From assembly GCA_016186325.1 (NCBI GenBank), contig JACPLW010000002.1, positions 66,290 to 130,289 on the forward strand: a stretch of DNA of 64,000 bases, read 5' to 3'. Below the pieces are notes generated by a model, which was not told the origin of the DNA, made no database searches, and was given only the letters and a program-made list of their open reading frames with translations. This document shows, piece by piece, positions 10,631-20,680 of the stretch. The translations under genes and the position numbers were made by a program. Every line of letters starts with the position of its first letter. Position 1 is the stretch's first letter. The DNA is from Parcubacteria group bacterium. GTDB taxonomy: Bacteria > Patescibacteriota > Minisyncoccia > UBA10092.

Positions 10631-11059
10631 ATGAACAACAAAACCCACAACCTAAAGTTACCTGCCACGGCTGTATTTTTATTATTTGTTTTATTTTTTG
10701 CGCTTTACACTTCACCGGTTTTGGCCCAATACCGGCTTGAGACCGGGCTTCCCGGCGTACCCGGCGGGAAGTTACCGGCAGGAACCGAACTCCCTTCTTA
10801 TCTTAGATACCTTTTTATCTTTGGGTTGGGGTTTATTACTGTTTTGGCTCTTAGCGTAATGATGTTTGGTGGCATCCAATACATTCTGGCGGCTGGAAAC
10901 GCGGCTAAAACGGAAGAAGCTAAAGCTTGGATTCAACAAGCGCTCTTCGGCCTTGGCCTGCTTTTGGTTTCTTATCTCCTTCTAAGAACCATTAATCCAG
11001 ATTTGGTTAATTTGAGAAACCCTAATCTCGCCCCAACCCAACTTCAAAGTTCACCATAA
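10631..11059 (+). CDS. Pilin, TrbC/VirB2-like (CPR T4SS pilin)
   Basis: Signal peptide plus GGIQYILAAGN..K.EEAK..I..ALFGL..LL.SYLLL.TINP motif. Confidence 0.85.
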   Translation: MNNKTHNLKLPATAVFLLFVLFFALYTSPVLAQYRLETGLPGVPGGKLPAGTELPSYLRYLFIFGLGFITVLALSVMMFGGIQYILAAGNAAKTEEAKAWIQQALFGLGLLLVSYLLLRTINPDLVNLRNPNLAPTQLQSSP

Positions 11060-11061
11060 AT

Positions 11062-12159
11062 ATGTCCAAAAAAACTCTCTATATAATTTTAATAGTCATT
11101 GGCAGCCTCATTTTAATTGGAGGTTTAATTTGGTACTTTCTATTAAGGCAAACGGAAACATTGCCGCCGGGAACGGACTTTACGGTAAACGGCCAGCCCG
11201 TCACCGGCGAAAGCAAGCTCAAAGCCATAAGCAACGGCCCGGCTGTTGCCGCTAAGTTGAGTGGTGAAATGCTTTTGTTTTATGATTTTTCCGGCCAGCT
11301 GTGGCAGTTGCCAATCGGAACAACTGCGCCGGTCGCCGCCCCGCAGGCGACCATTGGCAATCCGGCAGATGTTGTCTGGTCGCCAGACCTTAAAAACATA
11401 GTTAAATCAGGAATTTGGCAAGCCGATATTAAATACGTTTTTTCCGACTTCACCAAAAAGACCTTGATTAATTTAAAAAGCGGGATTAAATCGCTCTCGT
11501 TTTCGCCCGACGGAGGAAAAATAACTTATTATGTTTTTGAAAACCTTAAAAGCAACAGTTTATTTACTAGCGACCCTGATGGTAAAAATCAAAGAGCGCT
11601 ACTGGTCTCTCTAAAGTTGCGAGACATAGTTTTAGCATGGCCTAAAATCAACCAAATAAGCCTGACCTCAAAACCAAGTGGTTTGATTCCAGGCGGAGTC
11701 TGGACCATTGACACTAGAAATCTCGTGTTTGCCAAAATTATTGGAGATTTTAACGGTTTGGAAATATTGTGGGCGCCAGACGGAAATAGTTTCGTTTATT
11801 CTTTTACCGACCAAAACGGGCGAAATCCCCAGTTGGCGGTACACAGCAAAAAAGGCGAGGAAAAAAACCTAAGCGGCATTTCAACTGTAATTGACAAATG
11901 CGCTTGGGCAAGTGATTCGATAAATGTGTTTTGCGCAGTACCGGAAAACTGGCCGGAAGGAATGGTTTTGCCTGACGATTACTATAAGAGAGTTGATTTA
12001 ACAGTTGATAACATTTGGAAAATTAACACCGAAACCGAAGAAAAAAGGTTGCTGGCTTCGGGTCTGGGAGACATTAAAAACCTCATAATCGATAAGAATG
12101 AAGACAATATGTTCTTCATTCTAAGAAACGACCAGGTTTTATATGAATTAAACTTTTAG
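11062..12159 (+). CDS. Membrane-anchored TolB-like beta-propeller protein
   Basis: N-terminal TM; repeated WSPD/FSPDG/WAPDG motifs. Confidence 0.75.
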   Translation: MSKKTLYIILIVIGSLILIGGLIWYFLLRQTETLPPGTDFTVNGQPVTGESKLKAISNGPAVAAKLSGEMLLFYDFSGQLWQLPIGTTAPVAAPQATIGNPADVVWSPDLKNIVKSGIWQADIKYVFSDFTKKTLINLKSGIKSLSFSPDGGKITYYVFENLKSNSLFTSDPDGKNQRALLVSLKLRDIVLAWPKINQISLTSKPSGLIPGGVWTIDTRNLVFAKIIGDFNGLEILWAPDGNSFVYSFTDQNGRNPQLAVHSKKGEEKNLSGISTVIDKCAWASDSINVFCAVPENWPEGMVLPDDYYKRVDLTVDNIWKINTETEEKRLLASGLGDIKNLIIDKNEDNMFFILRNDQVLYELNF

Positions 12160-12617
12160 TTAATGTATTTAATCACAACCCGCCTTTCTTCACCTTCTCC
12201 GGCACTCTCCGTTTTTATATCCGGATGTGCAGAGAGTTCGATGTGAATGATTCTTCTGTCATAAGCCGTCATTGGCTCTAAAACCACTTCACGCTTGTAA
12301 AACCTGGCTTTATGAGCAGCTTTTTTAGCCAGCTCTTTAAGCGATCCGTCTCTTAAACTCCGGTAATTATTTACATCAAGGTGAAAGAACGGCGCTCCGT
12401 TTAACTTCTTTTTCAATATAAGCCGTAAAACCGTTTCAAACACACTAATGTTGCGTCCCCGCTCGCCTATATACGAACTTGGATCATCGGTCAAAAAGCA
12501 AATGTTAAGCGATTCTTCACTTCCGGTTTCAATGATTTTTATCTCAAAATTTGAAGCCCCCGTTTTTGCGAAAAACTCATTTGTTACATCTTTAATTTTT
12601 TCCAAGTTTTCGGTCAT
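12156..12617 (-). CDS. jag: Jag/EloR (KH-R3H) RNA-binding protein
   Basis: IGERGR KH loop; PMTAYDRRIIH R3H motif; position downstream of yidC. Confidence 0.9.
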   Translation of the reverse strand: MTENLEKIKDVTNEFFAKTGASNFEIKIIETGSEESLNICFLTDDPSSYIGERGRNISVFETVLRLILKKKLNGAPFFHLDVNNYRSLRDGSLKELAKKAAHKARFYKREVVLEPMTAYDRRIIHIELSAHPDIKTESAGEGEERRVVIKYIN

Positions 12618-13305
12618 TTTTTTGAATGGTATATTGCTGAAGTAAAGTCATAAGGGTAACAACAACCCAATAAAGAGGCAGAGCAGAGGGCAGATTCCAG
12701 AAAATTATTACGCTCAAAATAGGCCCAAAATAAAGCATCTGTTGAGACATCATTCTGCTGAAATCCGCGGTTCCAGCAGACTTGGCGAAGGACGGCATGA
12801 TCATTTTTGTCTGAAAGTACTGCAATGCTCCAGCTATGATTGCTAATAACACGTTTCGCTTTGTTAAATCAAATATTCCGAGAAAGATCGGGCGGATTTC
12901 TTCGGGCGCTCTAATGAAAGAGTACAGTAAGTCTTGGTCTATTCCCGTGCCGTTTAAAAACACTCTCCATAAGGCAATTATGATGGGAATTTGTATTAAT
13001 AGCGGCAAAAAACCGCTAAGAGGATTAATTTTGTTTTCCGAATAAAGAGCCATCAGCGCTCTAGCTTTTGCCTCTTTGTCGTTTTTGAACTTTTTATTGA
13101 CTTCCTCTATCTTGGGTTTCAGTTTTTCTAAAGCTTTTTGGCTCCTGATGCCCTTACCGGTAAGAGGCCAGAGCGCCAACCGAATTAAAACCGTTAAAGC
13201 AACAATAGAAAGACCAAAATCATGATTGGGAATGATATTGTATAAAAAAACTAAAGCATTAAATAACGGCTGATAGAATGTTAAGTTAAAAAGATAGGAT
13301 ATCAT
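12592..13305 (-). CDS. yidC: Membrane protein insertase YidC
   Basis: INPLSGFLPLLIQIPI, LPSALPLYW motifs. Confidence 0.95.
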   Translation of the reverse strand: MISYLFNLTFYQPLFNALVFLYNIIPNHDFGLSIVALTVLIRLALWPLTGKGIRSQKALEKLKPKIEEVNKKFKNDKEAKARALMALYSENKINPLSGFLPLLIQIPIIIALWRVFLNGTGIDQDLLYSFIRAPEEIRPIFLGIFDLTKRNVLLAIIAGALQYFQTKMIMPSFAKSAGTADFSRMMSQQMLYFGPILSVIIFWNLPSALPLYWVVVTLMTLLQQYTIQKNDRKLGKN

Positions 13306-13630
13306 TTTTTGTGAGTAATTCTCTTAAATTATCTTTAATGCTCCTGTAATCTTTGTTTTTAGCGGGCTCTCTCGGCCATATGATAATATCATATCCTGGT
13401 TTTACCTTTTTAAACAAAAAAAGCGCTGCCGCTCTTAGCTGCCTTTTAATTTGGTTCCTTTTTGACGCTTTTTTATAAAACTTGGTGCTGACAATAAAAC
13501 CGAACCTGCTGAAATTTTTGTAATTTTTCACGAATTTCATCTTTACAAGGCCATTCTCACAAGTTTTTCCTTTAGTAAAAGCGTTTTTGAAGTCGCCGGT
13601 TGCCGTTAGGCGGTTAATTCTAGGAAGCAT
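13286..13630 (-). CDS. rnpA: Ribonuclease P protein component
   Basis: RFGFIVS.K..KKASKRNQIKRQLR motif; synteny. Confidence 0.95.
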   Translation of the reverse strand: MLPRINRLTATGDFKNAFTKGKTCENGLVKMKFVKNYKNFSRFGFIVSTKFYKKASKRNQIKRQLRAAALFLFKKVKPGYDIIIWPREPAKNKDYRSIKDNLRELLTKNDILSF

Positions 13631-13658
13631 ATGCTTGCATTTGCAAATGATAATAAAG

Positions 13659-13793
13659 TTAAACAGTTAGCTTATAACGGCCTTTTCGCCTTCTCCTCGA
13701 AATGACCGCGCCTCCGCCTTTACTACCCGCCCTTTTTAAAAATCCGTGCTTGCGTTGTCTTTTTATTTTTTTTGGATTATAGGTTTTACTCAT
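13659..13793 (-). CDS. rpmH: 50S ribosomal protein L34 (not in the ORF track)
   Basis: Manual translation MSKTYNPKKIKRQRKHGFLKRAGSKGGGAVISRRRRKGRYKLTV; canonical position before rnpA. Confidence 0.95.
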   Translation of the reverse strand: MSKTYNPKKIKRQRKHGFLKRAGSKGGGAVISRRRRKGRYKLTV

Positions 13794-13890
13794 CCCGTTA
13801 GAAATTTAATTCTAAATAATAATTTTCACTATATCTTAAAACTATAAACAATATATCCTGTTAAATAACTAGTATAGATTTCTAACAGGA
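13793..13890. mobile_element. ~100-bp TIR element, copy 1 (98 bp, TSD CTCA)
   Basis: TCCCGTTAGAAAT...ATTTCTAACAGGA flanked by CTCA/CTCA; its terminal base supplies the A of the rpmH ATG. Confidence 0.8.
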
Positions 13891-14060
13891 CTCATACTTT
13901 TATATTTTTATAACACGAAAATTGATATTGCGTCAAACATTTAAATTAATTTATACTTTTCAACAGAGTACTCACAGGTTATTAACTTTTTTACGAATGA
14001 AAGTTTTCTTAAAACCCTTTTACTTAATGATATACTGGAAATGTAGAATTTATAATCAAC

Positions 14061-15440
14061 ATGGATTTCAATGAATTGTGGAAAGCGGTTCTAGGAGATA
14101 TAGAACTGCAAATTTCAAAAGCAAATTTTAAAACTTGGCTACAAAATACCGCTATTGTAGATAAAAAAGACGGTGTTGTTACTATTGCCGTACCTAATGG
14201 CTTTACTAAAGAATGGTTGGAAAACAAGTACAATAAGTCTATCCTAAGGTCTTTGAGAAACATTCAGTCGGACATTAAAGAAGTAACTTATCAAATCAGC
14301 CAAAAACAAACAAAAAACATTGACAATAATCAGAAGCTCTCTAAAGAGGAGGGTGCAATTTCAAAAAAACAGCTCGATTTTGTCGAACTTAACGCGGATA
14401 CAGAGACAAATTTAAATCCCCGATATGCCTTTGAAAATTTCATTGTAGGCCCATCGAATGAGCTGGCTCATGCCGCCGCTATTGCTGTAACTAAAAATTT
14501 AGGGAAAAAATACAATCCACTCTTTATTTACGGAGGAGTGGGCCTGGGTAAAACCCATTTAATTCAATCAATAGGCCAAGCCGTTAAAAAAGAGCACCCA
14601 AATAAGAAGGTGAAATATGTCACTTCCGAAAGGTTCACTTCAGAAGTGGTTTCTACTTTAAGATCCGGAGCATTAAGATCAAACGATATTGATAACTTTA
14701 AAAAAAGATGGCGCGAAATCGATTTGTTAATAATTGATGACATCCAGTTTTTAGCCGGTAAAGAAAGAACTCAAGAAGAATTCTTCCATATTTTTAACGC
14801 TCTCTACGATGTCGGAAAGCAAATAGTACTTTCGTCAGACCGGCCGCCAAAATCAATCCAAAACATGGAAGAGAGGTTGAGATCTCGCTTTGAAGGAGGC
14901 ATGCTTGCCGACATATCATATCCCGACCTCGAAACCAGAATCGCTATTCTAAAAACCAAGGCTCATGAGAAAGGATTTCAAGCTTCGGACGAAGCTTATG
15001 AATTTATAGCTTCTAACATAAAAAAGAATGTAAGAGAACTTGAAGGAGCTTTAAACCGGCTAATAATAAATCGCCGCGACGACCAAAAGGAATTAACAAT
15101 AGTGGAAGTAAAGAAAAGTTTAAATTCAATTATAAATACCCCTAAAAAAATCACTACATTAAAAAACATTATTAAGGCCGTCGCGGAATTTTACGATATT
15201 AGTGAAAAAGACCTTTTAGAACGCTCCAGAAAAAAAGAAATAGTCAAACCTAGACAAATAATAATGTACCTTTTAAGAGAAGAATTAAAAAGTTCTTTCC
15301 CTTTTATCGGGATGAAAATTGGAGGACGGGATCATACTACTGCCATTCATGCGTGTGAAAAAATAAAAAAAGAACTCGATTCTAATCCGACTTTATGTGA
15401 TGAAATTAATGTAATAAGAGAAAAACTTTACCTTGTTTAA
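14061..15440 (+). CDS. dnaA: Chromosomal replication initiator DnaA
   Basis: YNPLFIYGGVGLGKTHL, LLIIDDIQF, GGRDHTT motifs. Confidence 0.98.
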   Translation: MDFNELWKAVLGDIELQISKANFKTWLQNTAIVDKKDGVVTIAVPNGFTKEWLENKYNKSILRSLRNIQSDIKEVTYQISQKQTKNIDNNQKLSKEEGAISKKQLDFVELNADTETNLNPRYAFENFIVGPSNELAHAAAIAVTKNLGKKYNPLFIYGGVGLGKTHLIQSIGQAVKKEHPNKKVKYVTSERFTSEVVSTLRSGALRSNDIDNFKKRWREIDLLIIDDIQFLAGKERTQEEFFHIFNALYDVGKQIVLSSDRPPKSIQNMEERLRSRFEGGMLADISYPDLETRIAILKTKAHEKGFQASDEAYEFIASNIKKNVRELEGALNRLIINRRDDQKELTIVEVKKSLNSIINTPKKITTLKNIIKAVAEFYDISEKDLLERSRKKEIVKPRQIIMYLLREELKSSFPFIGMKIGGRDHTTAIHACEKIKKELDSNPTLCDEINVIREKLYLV

Positions 15441-15696
15441 AATTTTGTGGAAAAACTGGTTACAAACCAATAAATAACTGTGGGTTAATAAGTGATTAAA
15501 AAGTTTATAAATTTAATTTTTAATTTAATACTAAAAACTAGAAACAGAGTATTACCAAGTTATTCACAAAATTATTAACATGATAATAAGAGAAAAAGGG
15601 CTTAAATAACAAATAAATAAAACTTATACACTTAAAAATCACTGTTTAATAATAATAAGTTATAAAAAATAAATAATAGTTAATGATAATATAAAA
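15441..15696. other. Probable oriC region
   Basis: Very AT-rich dnaA-dnaN spacer with DnaA-box-like 9-mers (TGTGGAAAA 15446, TGTGGGTTA 15479, TTATTCACA 15560). Confidence 0.7.
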
Positions 15697-16824
15697 ATGA
15701 TTGTCACTTGTTTAAGAGAAAATTTAAAAGAAAGTTTGGATAATGCTTTAAGAATTATTAAATATAATTCTACTTTACCGATATTAAATAATATTTTAAT
15801 TACTACTGACAAAGGAAGATTAAGAATCTCTTCAACTGATTTGGAAATAGGTTTTTCTTCTTTAATATCTTCAAAAATTGAAAAAGATGGCAGTATAACA
15901 GTGCCGGCCCAATTATTAAGCCAATTTGTTAATAATTTACCAAATAAACAAATAACTCTTGAGGAAAAAAATTTAAAACTACACTTGAATTGCGATAATA
16001 TTAAAGCGTCTATAAATGGCCTAAATGCCGGTGATTTTCCAATTATTCCAAAATTGAAAAGTTCTTCGGTTTTGAATATAAACTCAAAAATTCTTAAAGA
16101 CGCTTTATCAAGCGTAATTAATTCATCTGCTTTGTCTGATAGCCGTCCGGAAATCTCAAGTATTTATATAAGGATTGAGCCGGATCAAATTAAGTTTATC
16201 GCTACAGATAGTTTCCGTTTGGCGCATAAAACTTTATTTCTGTCGGAAGAAATGAAAAAAAAGGTGAAAATAGACATTTCTAGATTACAGAACATTATTT
16301 TACCTTTACGAACCGCAAGTGAAGTAGTGAGAATATTAGGAGATAATGATAGCGATGTTGAAATTATAATTGATCAGAATCAAATTAAATTTTCTTTTAA
16401 TGACACATTTCTCGTTTCACGATTGGTTGAAGGAAGTTACCCTGATTATGAAGCTATTATTCCAAAATCGTTTGAAACTAAATGTTATTTTTCAAAGAAA
16501 GACTTGGAAGAAGTTGTAAAACTGGCTGGATGTTTTTCTACCCGCCTTAATGATATGATTTTAAAAACAAGTTCCAGTAAATCATATCTTGAGGTTTCTT
16601 CAAACCATGCCGAGTTCGGAAATCATGAAGCGAGAATAAACTCGGAAGTTGAGGGTAAGGATGTTAATATTGTTTTCAACTGGCGTTATGTTTTAGATGG
16701 TTTAAAAAACATGAGCGAAGATGATATTATTTTTGAATTTAATGGCGATCAAAAGCCGGCAATGATTAAGCCTGTAAAAGAAACGGATTTTTTTTACATT
16801 TTAATGCCGATAAAAAACTCATAA
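15697..16824 (+). CDS. dnaN: DNA polymerase III beta clamp
   Basis: STLPILNNIL, ATDSFRLA, EGSYPDY, YILMPI motifs. Confidence 0.98.
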   Translation: MIVTCLRENLKESLDNALRIIKYNSTLPILNNILITTDKGRLRISSTDLEIGFSSLISSKIEKDGSITVPAQLLSQFVNNLPNKQITLEEKNLKLHLNCDNIKASINGLNAGDFPIIPKLKSSSVLNINSKILKDALSSVINSSALSDSRPEISSIYIRIEPDQIKFIATDSFRLAHKTLFLSEEMKKKVKIDISRLQNIILPLRTASEVVRILGDNDSDVEIIIDQNQIKFSFNDTFLVSRLVEGSYPDYEAIIPKSFETKCYFSKKDLEEVVKLAGCFSTRLNDMILKTSSSKSYLEVSSNHAEFGNHEARINSEVEGKDVNIVFNWRYVLDGLKNMSEDDIIFEFNGDQKPAMIKPVKETDFFYILMPIKNS

Positions 16825-19083
16825 ATCAGCAGAGCTGTTGTCGTAATCCTTTGGAAGTTGGTTATAAATGCTAGCGTAGTTGTTTTTCAGCCAATTTTGC
16901 AAAGAGTTTTCCCAGTTTTTATATTGAGAATCGTTTTCTATATTAGGATACGTGTTGCCTTGCGGGTCGTTTTTATTCACCCAGTACAAAATTTCATGGA
17001 TTTCGGTAAAACTTCTTTCTTCAATTAAGTTGGCCGGAGTTTTTTCAGTTGCCAAAAGCCCGCTGGTTTTATTCACTTTCAGTTTTGTTGATATTTGGTA
17101 TTGGCCATTTAAGATCGGTTTTTCTGTGATAATAGGATTAGGCTTTGTAAAACTTTCCATTGGCGTGTCTTTTAATGCTTGAACCATAAATTCATTCCAT
17201 ATAGGCCCGGCAGCCATAACACCCGCGCCGCCTTTTTCAATCGGAGTATTATTATTGTTGCCGGCCCAAACTCCGACTGCGAGCGATGGTGTGTATCCTA
17301 CAATCCAAGCGTCTCTTGCTTTTGTTTCTTCCGTGGGATCTTGAGTAGTGCCGGTTTTTGCCGCTACCTTTCGCTCACCGAGCGACAGCGGGCTGTACAA
17401 CCCGAACATCGGTGCCCGGGCGTTATTATCAGAAAGAATATCGTTAATCGTTCTCGCAACCTGTTCATTCATAACTTTTTGGCCATCATTTTTATATTCT
17501 TCGAGTATCCGGCCATTCCCGTCTTCAACCTTGATAATCCCTGTTGGGTTGTGCTTTACGCCTTCTTGACTGAAAACCCCAAAAGCCGAAACCATTTCCA
17601 AGAGCTTGACTTCTGCACTCCCTAAGACCAGAGAGAGGCCGTAGCGAGAGCGGTCTTTCAGAGTGGTTATTCCCATGCTTTCCGCGGTACTTATTGAGTC
17701 ATTCATGCCGGCAAGATAAAGAACTTTAACGGAGGGGAGATTTAAGGAATTGGATAGAGCCTGTTTTAAAGTGACCGGCCCCCTGAATCTACCGTCATAA
17801 TTTTTCGGGTGATAACAGGTTTGCTGATCAATGCCAGGTTCTGCGATTCCATTCCATGAACACAACGGGTTAAACTCGGTGGGAACATCCCAAATCACCG
17901 TATCCGGCGTAAAACCATTATTAATGGCCGTAGCGTAAACAAAAGGCTTGAAAGATGATCCCGGCTGGCGCAAACTTGTTGCTAGATTGACGTTTGGTTC
18001 GAATTGGCAGCTTTTTCCCGGCTCGCAATTTTTTGGTTCCGGCTCTCCCCAGTAGTTTTTTGATCCGACCATTGCAAGAATCTGGCCGGTTTTTGGATCA
18101 ATGGCTACTAGGGCGGCGTTTTTGGTGTTGTAAACTTCATTGCGCTTGGCGCCTTCTTCGACTGCTTTTTCGGCGATTTCTTGAAAACTAAGGTTCAGAG
18201 TGGTGGTTACCTTCAGACCCCCTTTTTCCACGAAGTCTTCGCCGTACTTGTCATTCAAGTATTCTCTTATGAACATTACAAAATGCGGAGCGACAATACT
18301 GGTTTTTTGGGCAACAAAGTTAACGGTCGTCTTTTTTGCTTTTTCGAAATCTTCATCGGAAACGTGTTTCAAATCTTGCATCCGGCTTAAAATGTAGTTT
18401 GCCCGCGACTTCAGTTCGTTGGCATGTGTTCCATATGGCGAATAATAAGATGGAGCTTTGGGAAGGGCGGTTAAGTAAGCGGCCTCCGCCAAGTTGAGTT
18501 CTTTGGCCGGTTTATTAAAGTAAGTCAATGAAGCAGCTTCAATACCATAAGCGTTTGAACCATAAGGAATTTGATTCAAATAAAAATCAAGTATTTCATT
18601 TTTAGAATATTTTCTTTCCAATGCTACCGCTAAAATGATTTCCTTTATTTTTCGACTGAAGGTGCGCTCGGAAGTAAGGTAAGTGTTTTTGATAAGTTGT
18701 TGAGTAATGCTCGAACCGCCTTCGGTTATTTTATTGCCTTTTATGTCGGCGAGCACCGCTCGAAAAATGCCGCGAAAATTGATGCCTGAATGCTTGTAAA
18801 AATCAGTGTCTTCGGCCGCTATGGTGGCATCTTTTACAATTTGCGGAATTTGATCAAAAGGAATGACGGTACGCTTCTCTTCTCCGTGAATCTCATAAAG
18901 AAGAACCTTATTTTCGTGATCGTATATTTTAGTTGATTGAACAATTCTTCTATTCTGCCAAGCATTGGGATCGGGAAGAAAGCGGCTGTAATAGAAAAAA
19001 ACTGAAATAAACAAAACAATCGCTACGAAAAGCGAGATGATGCTCCAAAAGACAATGTGAGAGAGTATTTTTCGCTTACCCAT
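16819..19083 (-). CDS. Class A penicillin-binding protein (PBP1A family)
   Basis: Transglycosylase AEDTDFY/GGSSITQQL; transpeptidase RQPGSSFK, S-L-N, KTGT. Confidence 0.95.
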   Translation of the reverse strand: MGKRKILSHIVFWSIISLFVAIVLFISVFFYYSRFLPDPNAWQNRRIVQSTKIYDHENKVLLYEIHGEEKRTVIPFDQIPQIVKDATIAAEDTDFYKHSGINFRGIFRAVLADIKGNKITEGGSSITQQLIKNTYLTSERTFSRKIKEIILAVALERKYSKNEILDFYLNQIPYGSNAYGIEAASLTYFNKPAKELNLAEAAYLTALPKAPSYYSPYGTHANELKSRANYILSRMQDLKHVSDEDFEKAKKTTVNFVAQKTSIVAPHFVMFIREYLNDKYGEDFVEKGGLKVTTTLNLSFQEIAEKAVEEGAKRNEVYNTKNAALVAIDPKTGQILAMVGSKNYWGEPEPKNCEPGKSCQFEPNVNLATSLRQPGSSFKPFVYATAINNGFTPDTVIWDVPTEFNPLCSWNGIAEPGIDQQTCYHPKNYDGRFRGPVTLKQALSNSLNLPSVKVLYLAGMNDSISTAESMGITTLKDRSRYGLSLVLGSAEVKLLEMVSAFGVFSQEGVKHNPTGIIKVEDGNGRILEEYKNDGQKVMNEQVARTINDILSDNNARAPMFGLYSPLSLGERKVAAKTGTTQDPTEETKARDAWIVGYTPSLAVGVWAGNNNNTPIEKGGAGVMAAGPIWNEFMVQALKDTPMESFTKPNPIITEKPILNGQYQISTKLKVNKTSGLLATEKTPANLIEERSFTEIHEILYWVNKNDPQGNTYPNIENDSQYKNWENSLQNWLKNNYASIYNQLPKDYDNSSADL

Positions 19084-19202
19084 TTATTTTAATATTTATA
19101 CAACACAAACCTCAAAAAATCAACCTCGATTTAGCCTTACCTCATATTTATGTATAAGTATGGGGTTCACAAATTAGCCATCATCTGATATGTTAAATTG
19201 AT

Positions 19203-20408
19203 ATGGCAGTAATTAATAAAAAAGAAAAAATCAAAACCCTCTTAACAAGAGCTGTTTCCAACGTTCTGGTCTCAGAACATTTGGAAAAAAGACTGATTTT
19301 GAGCGAAAAATTAAGAATAAAATTTGGCATAGACCCCACTGCTCCGGACATTCATTTAGGACATACCGTGCCCCTTATTAAATTAAAGCAATTTCAGGAA
19401 CTAGGACACCAAGCCGTTTTGATAATAGGCGATTTTACAGCTAGAATTGGCGACCCCTCCGGTCGCGATGAGGCAAGAAAAGCGCTGTCTGTTGCCGAGG
19501 TGAAAAGAAACATGAAAAATTATCTTATCCAGGCCGGGAAAATAATAGACATTGAAAAAACAGAAATTCATTATAACAGCGAATGGTTTTCTAAAATGAA
19601 AGCGGTAAATTTTTATGAATTAGCCGGTAAGGTGACGGTTCAGCAGATTCTAAAAAGGGAAGACTTTAGGAAAAGAATTGAAAACGACAGAGATATTACC
19701 GCTAACGAAATGATGTATCCAATTTTTCAGGGTTACGATTCTGTCATGATAAGGGCTGACGTTGAAATAGGCGGCGAGGATCAATTAGTAAACCTTTTAA
19801 TGGGCAGAAGAATTCAGCGCGCTTACGGAATGCCGGAGCAGGATGTCTTAGCAACGTGGCTTATTGAAGGTACAGACGGCGAAAGGAAAATGAGTAAAAG
19901 TTTCGGTAATTACATCGCCATATCCGAAAAGCCGGACAATATGTTTGGAAAAATAATGTCTATTCCTGACTCGCTGATCATTAGATATTTTAAGGCCTTG
20001 ACTCAAATTGCTGATGATAAAATAAATAAAATTGAATCGGACATGGAAGCTAAAAAGTTAAATCCCAAAGATTCAAAAACTCGATTGGCTTACGAAATTG
20101 TCAGAATTTATCATGGAGAAGAAAGGGCAAAAGAAGCGGAGTCTGAATTCGATCGAATATTCAAAAAACGGGAAATACCAGGGCAGGTTTCAGAAATGGT
20201 TTTAGATAAGAGCACTTATAACATTATTGATTTACTCGTGAAATTAAGTTTAGTGCCGTCTAAAAGCCAGGCACGCCGTTTAGTTTTAGAGCATGCGGTA
20301 AAAATAGGCGGGAAAACTATTAACGACCCGAAAGCTAGTATTAATATTACCTTAGATTTAGTGGTCCAGGTGGGAAAGAGGCATTTTAAGAGGGTCAAAG
20401 TAAAATAA
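19203..20408 (+). CDS. tyrS: Tyrosine--tRNA ligase
   Basis: GIDPTAPDIHLGH, KMSKS, C-terminal S4 domain. Confidence 0.98.
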   Translation: MAVINKKEKIKTLLTRAVSNVLVSEHLEKRLILSEKLRIKFGIDPTAPDIHLGHTVPLIKLKQFQELGHQAVLIIGDFTARIGDPSGRDEARKALSVAEVKRNMKNYLIQAGKIIDIEKTEIHYNSEWFSKMKAVNFYELAGKVTVQQILKREDFRKRIENDRDITANEMMYPIFQGYDSVMIRADVEIGGEDQLVNLLMGRRIQRAYGMPEQDVLATWLIEGTDGERKMSKSFGNYIAISEKPDNMFGKIMSIPDSLIIRYFKALTQIADDKINKIESDMEAKKLNPKDSKTRLAYEIVRIYHGEERAKEAESEFDRIFKKREIPGQVSEMVLDKSTYNIIDLLVKLSLVPSKSQARRLVLEHAVKIGGKTINDPKASINITLDLVVQVGKRHFKRVKVK

Positions 20409-20422
20409 TAAAAGACGCGGAT

Positions 20423-20466
20423 TAAAACAAATCTCGCCCTGCAGTTGCGGGGCGAGATTTGTTTTA
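20423..20466. terminator. Bidirectional terminator-like hairpin containing the CCCYGCAGTTGCGGGG palindrome
   Basis: TAAAACAAATCTCGCCCTGC-AGTT-GCGGGGCGAGATTTGTTTTA between convergent genes. Confidence 0.75.
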
Positions 20467-20649
20467 CAATTCCTCGGCATCGGGTTCTTCGGATTCATCA
20501 AGCTCTTCGAGCTCGTCAAAACCAGTCTCTTTTACTCCAGGGTTTTTTGACTTTTCCTCGTCTTCGCCCAGCTCTTTAACCAATCCATCTTCGAGTTCCG
20601 TGTCTAAGTCAGCATCTTCACTTTGACTGTATGGATGTTTTTTGTCCAT
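20464..20649 (-). CDS. Small acidic hypothetical protein
   Basis: 61-aa ORF in otherwise empty space after ruvC; Asp/Glu rich. Confidence 0.6.
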   Translation of the reverse strand: MDKKHPYSQSEDADLDTELEDGLVKELGEDEEKSKNPGVKETGFDELEELDESEEPDAEEL

Positions 20650-20680
20650 ATTAAGATAATTTATTTTATTAATTTTAAGG

